64,000 bases of DNA from Escherichia coli. Lineage in GTDB: Bacteria > Pseudomonadota > Gammaproteobacteria > Enterobacterales > Enterobacteriaceae. Within the stretch, counting starts at the first letter, position 1. Every line of letters begins with the position of its first letter. The notes beneath the pieces are model-generated. The model did not search any database, had not been told where the DNA came from, and was given only the letters and a program-made list of their open reading frames with translations. A program made the position numbers and the translations under genes. Where the stretch lies: NCBI RefSeq assembly GCF_041248615.1, contig NZ_CP158426.1. One strand, written 5' to 3'. This document shows, in pieces, positions 15,728 through 25,022 of the stretch.

Positions 15728-15878
15728 GGGCATCACGCAAGATTTACAAATTTGCGGGAGTTATTGAGTAACGAGCATTAGCTCAGATGAGAGTTGGTAC
15801 ACCTATGGCACAGAGCTAAACCTGATCTGTTATATTCGCTCTGTGCCGGAAGTATGCCATATTTATTACATACAGTTG

Positions 15879-18011
15879 TCAATCTTTAAGACTAATTGTG
15901 ATTGCATCTGGAAATCCAATTTGGCTATAGCACATAGTTTCGGTTATGAATAATTTTCTATCGATAAAATCAAGTACATCTTTTTTCGTGAGCCCCGTTA
16001 ACATCGTCAATTTGTTAATTACATAATCATACCAATCATGGTGAAGCATGTTTATATACATGTTAATATCAACTGCATCTTTCTTCCATGAATTATTCGG
16101 TATCAAATCTTCAGATAAAAATCCTCTTATTAAATCGCTTGCATAGGACATCCTAAGAAAAACAGAAAGAAAAAGCCTTACATTAACATGTGTAAAATTT
16201 GTAGATAGCGTCGAAGGAAACTCGTAAAACCGGTAGATCAACCGACTTACAAAAACAGCAGAGTCTATCGCATTTACAGGCAGTAATGTTCCGATGACAC
16301 TTAATGCACCACTTATAACGAAGCCATTAGCAACAGAGGCATGAGAACCACTTAGGGCAGATGTTAAACATGCACTCAGAATTACGATAGGAGGAATTCT
16401 TGCTATTTTTCTCAAACTCCAAGTGTCCACTTTATCCTCACCTATTATTAACCATCCATGACTCCCATTGCCATCATGGTTTCCATGACAATCCATAACA
16501 AGAATATGACCTTGATATTGATTTAGAGCATCAATAAACTCAGCTTTCGATCTAACATCAATAATCTCGCAATCAAGATCTGGCATCTGTTTTTTAAATA
16601 TCTCAATTGCGTTCTCTAATATGAACTTTAAGTGATCATCAGGCTCAAAAGAACGTATAACTAAAACCTTTCTCAACTCAGATGCTTTTACTAAAACGCG
16701 CGGAAAAGCAGAGGCGCTCTGTAGAAGAACGTTACCAGGCGTAGCATTTATTCTTGATATCTCATGACTGAACATTATAGGTATGTTATTAAACCTAATC
16801 CAATCCAATGGTACATCACAAACAAAGGACAAATCGCTATAGTTTTTACTTATATATGTTCTCAACTTGCAACCAAGGGCTCTTCGAATAACAGTATTGA
16901 ATGCTTTAGATTTAGTGATGAATGCTTCACTATTTATCCCAGAAGAAGTTGCAAGATCTTCAAGATTTTTCAAATAATTGGAGTAATGATTTATTGCATT
17001 TGGCAATCTTATTGCTGGGATTTTTTTATTTATGCTAAATAAAGTAATCGCAGCTGTTGTTAATCGCATTTCAGCGCGTCTTAGTGAGGTGAGGTAACGG
17101 AAAGCAGGACTTTTAAAAAGTTCTTTTCTATCTGAATTTATATCAAGTCTAATTCCAGAATAGCCTGGATTCCTCAACACTCCATCAATAAGGAATTTTT
17201 TCTCAATTGTGGATAAATTTTCCGTTATTAACTCATAAAAGTCATTATTTTTATCATATAAAAAAGAGTGCATACCCGGAGCAAAAAGTAAGACTTCCGT
17301 TGGAAGTGGTATATCTAATTCCTTTAAACATTCGGTGTATGCATCAACGCTATGAAGTATTATTTCTATAAACTCTCTTTTGCTACTACCATCTTTAATT
17401 CTTTTTGGTGGAGATAGCATATAGCCAAGTGATTCAATTAACAACTCATTGGGTAGTGTTGAATTGTTAAGCGTCGATCTCCAAGGTGATTTATTAAATA
17501 AAGCCCCTCTTCGCTTCAACTTCGTTGATATTTTCTTTTCACTGTGATTTTTTCTTATTTTATCCTCAATGAATTTCAACCGAGAGAAGAGCACCTTATC
17601 AAATGAGTATATACTATTAATCTTATTAAGTGGTAGATCAGCGCGTTTAGAATTGCAACAAATTATAGGTGGTATAGCAAAATGTTTTTTTAAAGCACAA
17701 ACATACGAAAAATCTTCTTTAGCACAAAAAATTAAGCAAAATGGCGTTTGATAAATATTTGGTATTTTTTCAAGATTTTCTTTAGATATTAAAAAAATAG
17801 GATTTAGCCCGCTTAGAGTAGGCTGAAAGTTATCATTTTCACTGACAAAAATCTCACTAATTTCTTTTGGTGTTTTGGCCAATAAAAAAAGAATGTTGGA
17901 TATCTCTGGGTTGAGGAGGCCAGTATCGAAACCTTGGATTATGGTTTGTTCCCCAGTAGTAGGCATGATTACAACTTTAAGTATCGCCCCGTGTTCCTGT
18001 AACAGTTCCAT
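15879..18011 (-). CDS. CHAT/caspase-like domain protein with a ~470-aa unassigned N-terminal region (710 aa from ATG-18011; track ORF extends to 18068 via TTG)
   Basis: His-Cys dyad context ILVMDCHGNHDG (His codon 16485-16487) and PPIVILSACLTSA (Cys codon 16368-16370), ~38 aa apart. Very AT-rich. TATAAT on the minus strand at 18095-18100. Confidence 0.7.
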   Translation of the reverse strand: MELLQEHGAILKVVIMPTTGEQTIIQGFDTGLLNPEISNILFLLAKTPKEISEIFVSENDNFQPTLSGLNPIFLISKENLEKIPNIYQTPFCLIFCAKEDFSYVCALKKHFAIPPIICCNSKRADLPLNKINSIYSFDKVLFSRLKFIEDKIRKNHSEKKISTKLKRRGALFNKSPWRSTLNNSTLPNELLIESLGYMLSPPKRIKDGSSKREFIEIILHSVDAYTECLKELDIPLPTEVLLFAPGMHSFLYDKNNDFYELITENLSTIEKKFLIDGVLRNPGYSGIRLDINSDRKELFKSPAFRYLTSLRRAEMRLTTAAITLFSINKKIPAIRLPNAINHYSNYLKNLEDLATSSGINSEAFITKSKAFNTVIRRALGCKLRTYISKNYSDLSFVCDVPLDWIRFNNIPIMFSHEISRINATPGNVLLQSASAFPRVLVKASELRKVLVIRSFEPDDHLKFILENAIEIFKKQMPDLDCEIIDVRSKAEFIDALNQYQGHILVMDCHGNHDGNGSHGWLIIGEDKVDTWSLRKIARIPPIVILSACLTSALSGSHASVANGFVISGALSVIGTLLPVNAIDSAVFVSRLIYRFYEFPSTLSTNFTHVNVRLFLSVFLRMSYASDLIRGFLSEDLIPNNSWKKDAVDINMYINMLHHDWYDYVINKLTMLTGLTKKDVLDFIDRKLFITETMCYSQIGFPDAITISLKD

Positions 18012-18144
18012 CAAAAATCCTAATAAACAAATAAGAATGTTATAATCAAAAACTGCAAGGATTAGCAAGCAATTCTTACAGTTTTAAGAAGGGGATTATA
18101 CCGCAATATGCATAATTGCGTTCTGCCTATGCAAAATGTCAGTT

Positions 18145-19362
18145 CTAGTCTGAACAAGTACAAGTAACTATCGATTCAACTCTCTCCCACCATGCCTGGT
18201 AAGCTTTACGCTGTTCATCTAAATAATCGCTCTTGTCATAAACCTGCCATACCCCTGGCAGTTTATGACCGAGCATTATTTCTGCAATATGAGGTGCAGT
18301 AAGATCAGAAAAGTTTGTTCGTGCTGTTCGTCTCAAATCATGAAGAGACCAATGAGGGAATTGATACCCCAAACGCCGCCATGCGTACTGCATTAAATTG
18401 TAAGGCAGCGACTGCAATGATGTCCGGCCAACGGGTTCCCTGCTTCCTTCCTTAGTAAAAAGCATATCGGAACCATTGTTCATAGAGATAACGTACTTTA
18501 TAAGCTCTTCAACCGGTTCAATAATGGGGCGCTTTAGCGGTTCGCCTGTTATATCCCCTGTCTTATGTCGTTCTGGCGGTACAGTCCATACCTTATTAAT
18601 GAAATCAAAATCATTCACCCTAGCGGTAATTAGCTCTGAACTACGGCAGCCAAAATGCAGCAATAGTTTAATGAAGGCCCGGTATTTAGGAACCATTCGA
18701 GAACCATCGATCGCAGCATAAAGGATTTTAATTTCATCATGTGTCAGAAACCGTTTCTTCTGACCTTTACGGATATCCATATCTTTACCCGTGATATCCG
18801 ACAGCGGGCGAGTTTCAATGAGCTTTCTCTTATACGCCCAGACATGGGCCTGCTTTGCGTTAATTAGCAATCGGTCTGCTATTGCTGGAGTCTTAGTGCT
18901 AAGAGGCTCCAGGACTTCTAACCAATCATGCAATGTAGCTGCATCGTGAGGGATATTCCCGATTTTAGAGAACAGGTGCAGCTCAAACGAGCGGAGTATC
19001 TGTTCAGAACCTTTTTTATTTTTTACACAATATGCTTCATACCAGGCACGGATCACAGACTCTACCGTCATGGCTTCAGTAGCTTTTCGTTTTTCAGCCT
19101 GCTTGACTAATCGTGGATTGCGGTTTGACTCGAGTTCACCACGGAGACGGATAACTTCTTCTCTGGCCTCTTTTAATCCAGTTGCCGGGTAAGTTCCGAT
19201 ATCAAGGCGCTCACCTTTCCCTGCCCATTGATAACGATATTGGAACACTACGCGACCTTTCGGTGATACTCTGACAGACAGACCATCACGATCGGATTTA
19301 ACCAAAACCTTATCACGTTCCTTTCCAACGACTGAACGCAACCACGCATCAGACAGCGCCAT
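18145..19362 (-). CDS. Tyrosine integrase, P4-like (405 aa)
   Basis: N-terminal DUF4102-type arm-binding region (LSVRVSPKGRVVFQYRY). Catalytic WSLHDLRRTARTNF and LGHK...VYDKSDY. Confidence 0.92.
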   Translation of the reverse strand: MALSDAWLRSVVGKERDKVLVKSDRDGLSVRVSPKGRVVFQYRYQWAGKGERLDIGTYPATGLKEAREEVIRLRGELESNRNPRLVKQAEKRKATEAMTVESVIRAWYEAYCVKNKKGSEQILRSFELHLFSKIGNIPHDAATLHDWLEVLEPLSTKTPAIADRLLINAKQAHVWAYKRKLIETRPLSDITGKDMDIRKGQKKRFLTHDEIKILYAAIDGSRMVPKYRAFIKLLLHFGCRSSELITARVNDFDFINKVWTVPPERHKTGDITGEPLKRPIIEPVEELIKYVISMNNGSDMLFTKEGSREPVGRTSLQSLPYNLMQYAWRRLGYQFPHWSLHDLRRTARTNFSDLTAPHIAEIMLGHKLPGVWQVYDKSDYLDEQRKAYQAWWERVESIVTCTCSD

Positions 19363-19373
19363 TACTCACCTTG

Positions 19374-19430
19374 TACAAATAAAAAAACACCTCTGCTGTT
19401 TTGTACATTATGTACAAGCACATGTACAGA
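19374..19430. repeat. Four TGTACA-core repeats upstream of int (candidate arm-type/autoregulatory sites)
   Basis: TGTACA at 19374, 19404, 19413 and 19425. Confidence 0.5.
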
Positions 19431-19582
19431 TTTTTGATGAAAGCAACCTGATCGATTTAAAGTTACATGAAAGAATTTTCAATTAAAGAAACCACATAAC
19501 ATCATGTTATTAAATGAGTTATATGATTAGCACTCAATTAACTGAAAGGACTTTGAAAGAGTAAAAGAGCTTTAATTTGGGC

Positions 19583-19657
19583 TTAATTATTGGGGTGAGA
19601 AATAATGGCAAAAGTGCGGCGCTTCGCCACCTCTTGCAAATAAGGAGACAACGTCAT
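19583..19657 (-). pseudogene. prfC: 5' fragment of prfC (RF3), 22 native codons then phage-derived NN-stop; attR junction at about 19590-19596
   Basis: ATGACGTTGTCTCCTTATTTGCAAGAGGTGGCGAAGCGCCGCACTTTTGCCATTATTTCTCACCC = [22 protein letters not shown]. The expected DAGKT P-loop is missing. Confidence 0.85.
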
Positions 19658-19747
19658 AATTCTTTCTTCTTGAGTAAGCGGCATCGCGCCGCGCTTGTTG
19701 AAAACGAAAAATTGCGGCTATTTTACCCATCAACGGGGGGGAGGCAA

Positions 19748-20425
19748 TCAGTGTTTACACAGGAGCTGCTCCAGTTCGTGCAACGAAGAAACGGTCCAGG
19801 TAGGCGCGATGCCTTCTGGTTGCTCGCGATTGTGCGCATTCAGCCAGCAGGTCGCAAGCCCGGCGTTGATGCCACCGAGAATATCGGACTCGGCAGTGTC
19901 GCCAACCATCAGCACGCGTGAACGGTCAGGATTGCCCGCCTGTTCCAGCGCATAATCGAAAATTTTCTTATTCGGTTTGGCTACGCCAACTTCTTCGGAA
20001 ATCACCAACAAATCGAAATAATCACGCAGGCCCGTGCGTTCCAGACGCACTTGCTGCAAGGCGCTAAAGCCGTTGGTGATGATGCCGATTTTGGCGTTGC
20101 CACGAATGGCGTTAAGCAGAGAAACCGCGCCCGGCAGCGGCGTACAGATTTCCGCCATCGCATTAATAAAGGCTTCGTTGAGTTTACCCGGCTCGACGTT
20201 CAGTCGTTCGGCCCAGCTCTCAAACCGCCCGTGCTGAAGCTGTAATGAAGTGATCGCGCCGTTTTGATAATCCACCCACAGTGGCTTGTTAACGGCCTGA
20301 TAGTCCTGAAAATCTTCAGCGGTAAAGGTGACGCTGTAATCAAGAAACATCCGCTGCAGGCCGGTGAATGAGTCAAAGGTAAACAGCGTTTCATCGGCAT
20401 CAAAGAAAATCCAGTCCCACTTCAT
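19748..20425 (-). CDS. yjjG: HAD-family pyrimidine 5'-nucleotidase YjjG
   Basis: DADETLF HAD motif. Sequence and synteny as recalled for K-12. Confidence 0.93.
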   Translation of the reverse strand: MKWDWIFFDADETLFTFDSFTGLQRMFLDYSVTFTAEDFQDYQAVNKPLWVDYQNGAITSLQLQHGRFESWAERLNVEPGKLNEAFINAMAEICTPLPGAVSLLNAIRGNAKIGIITNGFSALQQVRLERTGLRDYFDLLVISEEVGVAKPNKKIFDYALEQAGNPDRSRVLMVGDTAESDILGGINAGLATCWLNAHNREQPEGIAPTWTVSSLHELEQLLCKH

Positions 20426-20439
20426 TATTCCACCTTGTC

Positions 20440-20886
20440 TTACATACTGATTGGCAACGCCATGATGATGGCGTCTTCGCGACCGTCCGTGGTGGGGTAG
20501 TAATTGCGGCGAATCGTCGCCTCGTTAAAGCCTAAACTTTCGTACAGTGCAATGGCGGCAGCGTTTGAGGCACGGACTTCCAGCCATAGCGTCGCCACGC
20601 CGCGTTTTTCCAGTTCGTCGATCAGATGTTCCAGCAGCGCCCTTCCCAATCCCTGACGCTGATAGTCAGGATCGACCGCAATATTGAACAATGTAGCTTC
20701 ATCCAGCACCACTTGCGTAATCGCAAACGCCGCCATTTTGCCGTTTTGCGTTAACTGAAAGTTGAGATAACGCTCGCCCTGGTTGCTGGCAAAGGTTTTT
20801 TCACTCCACGGAAAGGCGTGGGCGCGTTGTTCAATGTGGTAAGCCGCTGGTAAATCAGTCGTTTCGAGGGAAGAAATCGTGTTCAT
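20440..20886 (-). CDS. rimI: Ribosomal protein S18 alanine N-acetyltransferase
   Basis: GNAT motif [13 protein letters not shown]. Synteny. Confidence 0.95.
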   Translation of the reverse strand: MNTISSLETTDLPAAYHIEQRAHAFPWSEKTFASNQGERYLNFQLTQNGKMAAFAITQVVLDEATLFNIAVDPDYQRQGLGRALLEHLIDELEKRGVATLWLEVRASNAAAIALYESLGFNEATIRRNYYPTTDGREDAIIMALPISM

Positions 20887-21268
20887 ATGTGCAAATTTGT
20901 TGCCATAACGCGGCGCGTGCCGTTGGGTTTGCCCGTAATTCGGTGAGCGCCGGTGATGCCACCTGAGCGCCTTCCAGTGATAGCGGTTCGTCAGTACCCA
21001 ACCGCCAGCTGTTGCAGCGACTGCCTTGCGGCAGCATCGCGATTTTTTCTGGCGTCAGTTGCAGCACTTGATCGGGGCTGACGGTTAATGCGCGCAGAAC
21101 ATCGCTCACCAGAGGATCGGTCAGGGCGGGAAGATCGTTTGCCACCATCACCAGACGGACGTGTGCCGGGATCGCAATCGCAATCTCCCCCTGCAACGCG
21201 CCAGGGCGACGCAGCGACCACTGGGTAATGCCCAGTTGCTGTAACTGCCAGTCTCGTCGGGATGTCAT
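20855..21268 (-). CDS. holD: DNA polymerase III psi subunit
   Basis: MTSRRDWQLQQLGITQWSLRRP... Overlaps rimI, as in K-12. Confidence 0.95.
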   Translation of the reverse strand: MTSRRDWQLQQLGITQWSLRRPGALQGEIAIAIPAHVRLVMVANDLPALTDPLVSDVLRALTVSPDQVLQLTPEKIAMLPQGSRCNSWRLGTDEPLSLEGAQVASPALTELRANPTARAALWQQICTYEHDFFPRND

Positions 21269-21370
21269 AGCGAATCGCTCCTGTTGTCAGGGGCGCAAAT
21301 ATAGCAAATTCGTCGATACCGCGCCAACATATGGCTATAATCGCCGCCAGTATCAATTGAGGAGCATTCC

Positions 21371-22402
21371 ATGTCTGCATTTACCCCGGCAAGTGAAGTC
21401 TTGCTGCGTCACAGTGATGATTTCGAACAAAGCCGTATTCTTTTTGCCGGAGACTTACAGGATGACCTGCCCGCGCGTTTAGATACCGCGGCCAGCCGTG
21501 CTCATACCCAGCAATTCCACCATTGGCAGGTGTTAAGCCGCCAGATGGGGGATAACGCCCGTTTCAGTCTGGTCGCCACGGCGGATGATGTCGCAGATTG
21601 CAATACGCTGATTTACTACTGGCCGAAGAACAAACCGGAAGCCCAGTTCCAGTTGATGAATTTACTTTCTCTACTGCCGGTGGGCACGGATATTTTTGTC
21701 GTTGGCGAGAACCGCAGCGGCGTGCGCAGCGCCGAACAGATGCTGGCAGATTATGCGCCGTTGAATAAAGTCGACAGCGCCCGTCGCTGTGGCCTCTATT
21801 TTGGTCGTCTGGAAAAACAGCCGGAATTTGATGCCGATAAATTCTGGGGCGAATACAGCGTCGATGGCCTGACAGTCAAAACGCTGCCTGGCGTGTTTAG
21901 CCGCGACGGTCTGGATGTCGGTAGCCAGTTACTGCTCTCGACGTTAACTCCGCACACGAAAGGTAAAGTACTGGATGTCGGCTGTGGCGCGGGCGTGCTT
22001 TCTGTTGCCTTTGCGCGCCATTCACCGAAAATTCGTCTCACTCTGTGCGATGTCTCTGCGCCAGCGGTAGAAGCCAGCCGCGCAACACTTGCGGCCAACG
22101 GTGTTGAAGGTGAAGTCTTTGCCAGTAACGTCTTTTCCGAGGTGAAAGGTCGTTTTGATATGATCATCTCCAACCCGCCGTTCCACGATGGGATGCAAAC
22201 CAGCCTCGATGCGGCGCAAACGCTGATTCGCGGCGCGGTGCGTCATCTTAATAGCGGCGGCGAGCTGCGAATTGTAGCGAACGCCTTCCTGCCTTACCCG
22301 GACGTGCTGGATGAGACATTTGGCTTCCACGAAGTGATCGCGCAAACCGGGCGCTTCAAGGTGTATCGCGCCATTATGACCCGCCAGGCGAAGAAAGGTT
22401 AA
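21371..22402 (+). CDS. rsmC: 16S rRNA m2G1207 methyltransferase
   Basis: SAM motif [12 protein letters not shown] and NPPFH. Synteny. Confidence 0.95.
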   Translation: MSAFTPASEVLLRHSDDFEQSRILFAGDLQDDLPARLDTAASRAHTQQFHHWQVLSRQMGDNARFSLVATADDVADCNTLIYYWPKNKPEAQFQLMNLLSLLPVGTDIFVVGENRSGVRSAEQMLADYAPLNKVDSARRCGLYFGRLEKQPEFDADKFWGEYSVDGLTVKTLPGVFSRDGLDVGSQLLLSTLTPHTKGKVLDVGCGAGVLSVAFARHSPKIRLTLCDVSAPAVEASRATLAANGVEGEVFASNVFSEVKGRFDMIISNPPFHDGMQTSLDAAQTLIRGAVRHLNSGGELRIVANAFLPYPDVLDETFGFHEVIAQTGRFKVYRAIMTRQAKKG

Positions 22403-22404
22403 GT

Positions 22405-22672
<268 letters not shown>

Positions 22673-22711
22673 CATTTTTCCAGCAATTACACCTCCGGCG
22701 ATAATTAACTA

Positions 22712-22739
22712 TTGACGAAAAGCTGAAAACCACTAGAAT
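22712..22739 (+). promoter_or_regulatory. leuQPV promoter
   Basis: TTGACG, 16 nt, TAGAAT, followed by a GC-rich discriminator gcgcctccg. Confidence 0.7.
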
Positions 22740-22780
22740 GCGCCTCCGTGGTAGCAATTCTTTTTAAGAATTGATGGTAT

Positions 22781-22867
22781 GCGAAGGTGGCGGAATTGGT
22801 AGACGCGCTAGCTTCAGGTGTTAGTGTCCTTACGGACGTGGGGGTTCAAGTCCCCCCCCTCGCACCA
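22781..22867 (+). tRNA. leuQ: tRNA-Leu(CAG)
   Basis: 87-nt gcgaaggtggcggaattggtagacgcg...ggttcaagtcccccccctcgcacca. Anticodon loop cttCAGgtg. Confidence 0.97.
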
Positions 22868-22895
22868 AAAACCACGTTGATATTGCTCGCACTGG

Positions 22896-22982
22896 GCGAA
22901 GGTGGCGGAATTGGTAGACGCGCTAGCTTCAGGTGTTAGTGTCCTTACGGACGTGGGGGTTCAAGTCCCCCCCCTCGCACCA
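22896..22982 (+). tRNA. leuP: tRNA-Leu(CAG)
   Basis: Identical 87-nt copy. Confidence 0.97.
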
Positions 22983-23016
22983 AACGAGGCGATATCAAAA
23001 AAAGTAAGATGACTGT

Positions 23017-23103
23017 GCGAAGGTGGCGGAATTGGTAGACGCGCTAGCTTCAGGTGTTAGTGTCCTTACGGACGTGGGGGTTCAAGTCCCCCCCCTCGCA
23101 CCA
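23017..23103 (+). tRNA. leuV: tRNA-Leu(CAG)
   Basis: Identical 87-nt copy. Confidence 0.97.
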
Positions 23104-23141
23104 ATTATCTTTACTTCCTTTCTTGTTTCTTCCCTGATTTT

Positions 23142-23378
23142 TCATCCCTGATTCAAATTCATTATCATCAGCATGATGCCAGCAATAAGCGCCAGGCACG
23201 ATGGCAGCAAAACGTAATGCCGCAACTGTTTGTGATACAGCATCACCGGCGTCAATATTAATCCCATCAGAATGACAATCCGCCACTGATCCGGCGATAA
23301 ATCCGCATACATCAGCCCTGCAATCAGCAATCCCGGCAGCAACACTCCCCAGCCACTGCCCAGCGTACGTTGCAACAT
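23142..23378 (-). CDS. yjjZ: Small membrane protein YjjZ (78 aa)
   Basis: MLQRTLGSGWGVLLPGLLIAGLMYADL... Fur boxes lie upstream. Confidence 0.8.
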   Translation of the reverse strand: MLQRTLGSGWGVLLPGLLIAGLMYADLSPDQWRIVILMGLILTPVMLYHKQLRHYVLLPSCLALIAGIMLMIMNLNQG

Positions 23379-23396
23379 GGTTTCATCTCTTTCATT

Positions 23397-23500
23397 GATA
23401 ATGATAACTAATATCATATGATAATTTTTATCATTTGCAAGCCAGAGAAATCCCTTGCTATCGGGTAAACCTATCGCTAGGATTAGCAATCATTATCATT
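23397..23500. promoter_or_regulatory. Fur boxes in the yjjZ-fhuF divergent promoter region
   Basis: GATAATGATAACTAATATC (23397-23415), ATGATAATTTTTATCATT (23419-23436), GCAATCATTATCATT (23486-23500). Consensus is GATAATGATAATCATTATC. Confidence 0.75.
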
Positions 23501-23518
23501 TAGATTACTATCCCGATT

Positions 23519-24307
23519 ATGGCCTATCGTTCCGCACCGCTCTATGAAGATGTTATCTGGCGAACGCATCTCCAGCCGCAGGATGCTGGGCTTGCACAAG
23601 CCATACGGGCGACGATCGCCGAACATCGTGAACATTTGCTCGAGTTTATCCGCCTGGATGAACCCGCTCCGCTTAACGCCATGACGCTGGCGCAATGGTC
23701 ATCAACGAATGCGCTAAGTTCTCTACTGGCGGTCTATTCCGATCATATCTATCGCAACCAACCAACGATGATCCGCGAGAACAAACCGCTGATCTCACTA
23801 TGGGCGCAATGGTATATCGGCCTGATGGTGCCACCATTAATGTTGGCGCTGCTGACGCAGGAAAAAGCATTAGATGTGTCGCCGGAACATTTCCACGTTG
23901 AGTTTCACGAAACCGGACGCGCCGCCTGTTTCTGGGTCGATGTGTGTGAAGATAAAAACGCAACACTACATTCGCCGCAGCAGCGAATGGAAACGTTAAT
24001 CAGTCAGGCGCTGGTTCCGGTAGTGCAGGCATTAGAAGCAACGGGAGAGATCAACGGCAAACTTATCTGGAGCAATACCGGTTATTTGATCAACTGGTAT
24101 CTGACTGAGATGAAACAGCTGCTTGGCGAGGCGACGGTTGAATCGCTGCGCCATGCCCTCTTTTTTGAGAAAATGCTCACGAACGGTGAAGATAATCCAC
24201 TCTGGCGTACCGTGGTACTGCGCGACGGCCTGCTGGTGCGCCGCACTTGCTGCCAGCGTTATCGCTTACCGGATGTGCAGCAATGTGGCGATTGTATGCT
24301 GAAATGA
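23519..24307 (+). CDS. fhuF: Ferric-siderophore reductase FhuF (2Fe-2S)
   Basis: C-terminal CCQRYRLPDVQQCGDC cluster motif. Confidence 0.93.
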   Translation: MAYRSAPLYEDVIWRTHLQPQDAGLAQAIRATIAEHREHLLEFIRLDEPAPLNAMTLAQWSSTNALSSLLAVYSDHIYRNQPTMIRENKPLISLWAQWYIGLMVPPLMLALLTQEKALDVSPEHFHVEFHETGRAACFWVDVCEDKNATLHSPQQRMETLISQALVPVVQALEATGEINGKLIWSNTGYLINWYLTEMKQLLGEATVESLRHALFFEKMLTNGEDNPLWRTVVLRDGLLVRRTCCQRYRLPDVQQCGDCMLK

Positions 24308-24344
24308 AAGCACTGCCGGGGAAGTAAACCCGGCATCATGCGGA

Positions 24345-25022
24345 TTAATAGGGATGCAACACATTACTTGCTTCGCAATGCCGCATACATAACAGAATAT
24401 CTGCGGCCTCCAACAACCCTGCATCAGAACTTACGCCCAGTTTCGACATCACATTAAATTTATGTGCACGGATCGTTTTGATATTGCGTTTAAGCTGCTC
24501 GGCAATTTGTGTCATTGAGTAGCCACGCGACATAAAGCGCAATATTTCTCTCTCCGTCGGGCTTAGCGTTCGGCTTTGATTAATGTACCACTGATTGTTC
24601 AGTCGGTCGGTCGCCTGACGTACACCATTTAATGACAAAAAGAGTTCCTGATGAAAAATCTCCAGCGTTGACGCTTTACTTAATACACCGTCCAGCGGTG
24701 ATGGCGACAATGAGCCGATCAGCCGAGCTTCAATATCATCATCCGCAATAACTAAACGCCGGGTACGCGGAAACTTAATCGCCAGTTCAGTCAGGCAAGA
24801 TAATCCCTCTCTACGCTCACCTCTCATGGCAGAAAAAGAAAAAATGACCGCCGCAAACGAGATCCGCGACATGGCATCCTGAAATGACTCCTGACTGGTA
24901 TAGGTATGGAGCTTATAAGGGTTACCCGCAAACTTTCTGAATAAACTCTCAATACCGATACTACTCATGACGCATTTTTCTATGAGTGCGACATTTCTCT
25001 TCTTAATTCGGCTGTGTTCCAT
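24345..25022 (-). CDS. bglJ: LuxR-type transcriptional activator BglJ
   Basis: C-terminal Lux[40 protein letters not shown]. Confidence 0.9.

Larger units (their letters stand above)
1..19590. mobile_element. Right-hand ~19.6 kb of a lambdoid prophage (late-regulation, nin-like, replication, immunity, early-left and integration modules); the left end lies outside the window
   Basis: Contiguous phage modules: Q, DUF968, KilA-N, RusA, replication initiator, cII-cro-cI, yfdPQRS-like genes, xis, int. They end where a remnant of host prfC begins (19583-19657). Confidence 0.9.

Noticed and set aside
15807-15847. Perfect 10-bp-stem hairpin (ggcacagagc ... gctctgtgcc) between the IS right end and the CHAT gene stop
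   Set aside because: It was considered as a terminator, but no U-tract follows on either strand. It is kept only as a note. It may be a weak or bidirectional 3'-end stabiliser.
19577-19955. Track ORFs 19577-19921(+) and 19695-19955(+)
   Set aside because: They are antisense to the prfC 5' fragment, the yjjG-prfC intergenic region and the 3' end of yjjG, all of which are recognisable on the minus strand.
22781-23103. Three identical 87-bp repeats with short unique spacers, which look superficially CRISPR-like
   Set aside because: They are the tRNA-Leu(CAG) genes leuQ, leuP and leuV, with a cloverleaf, CAG anticodon and CCA end. No cas genes are present.
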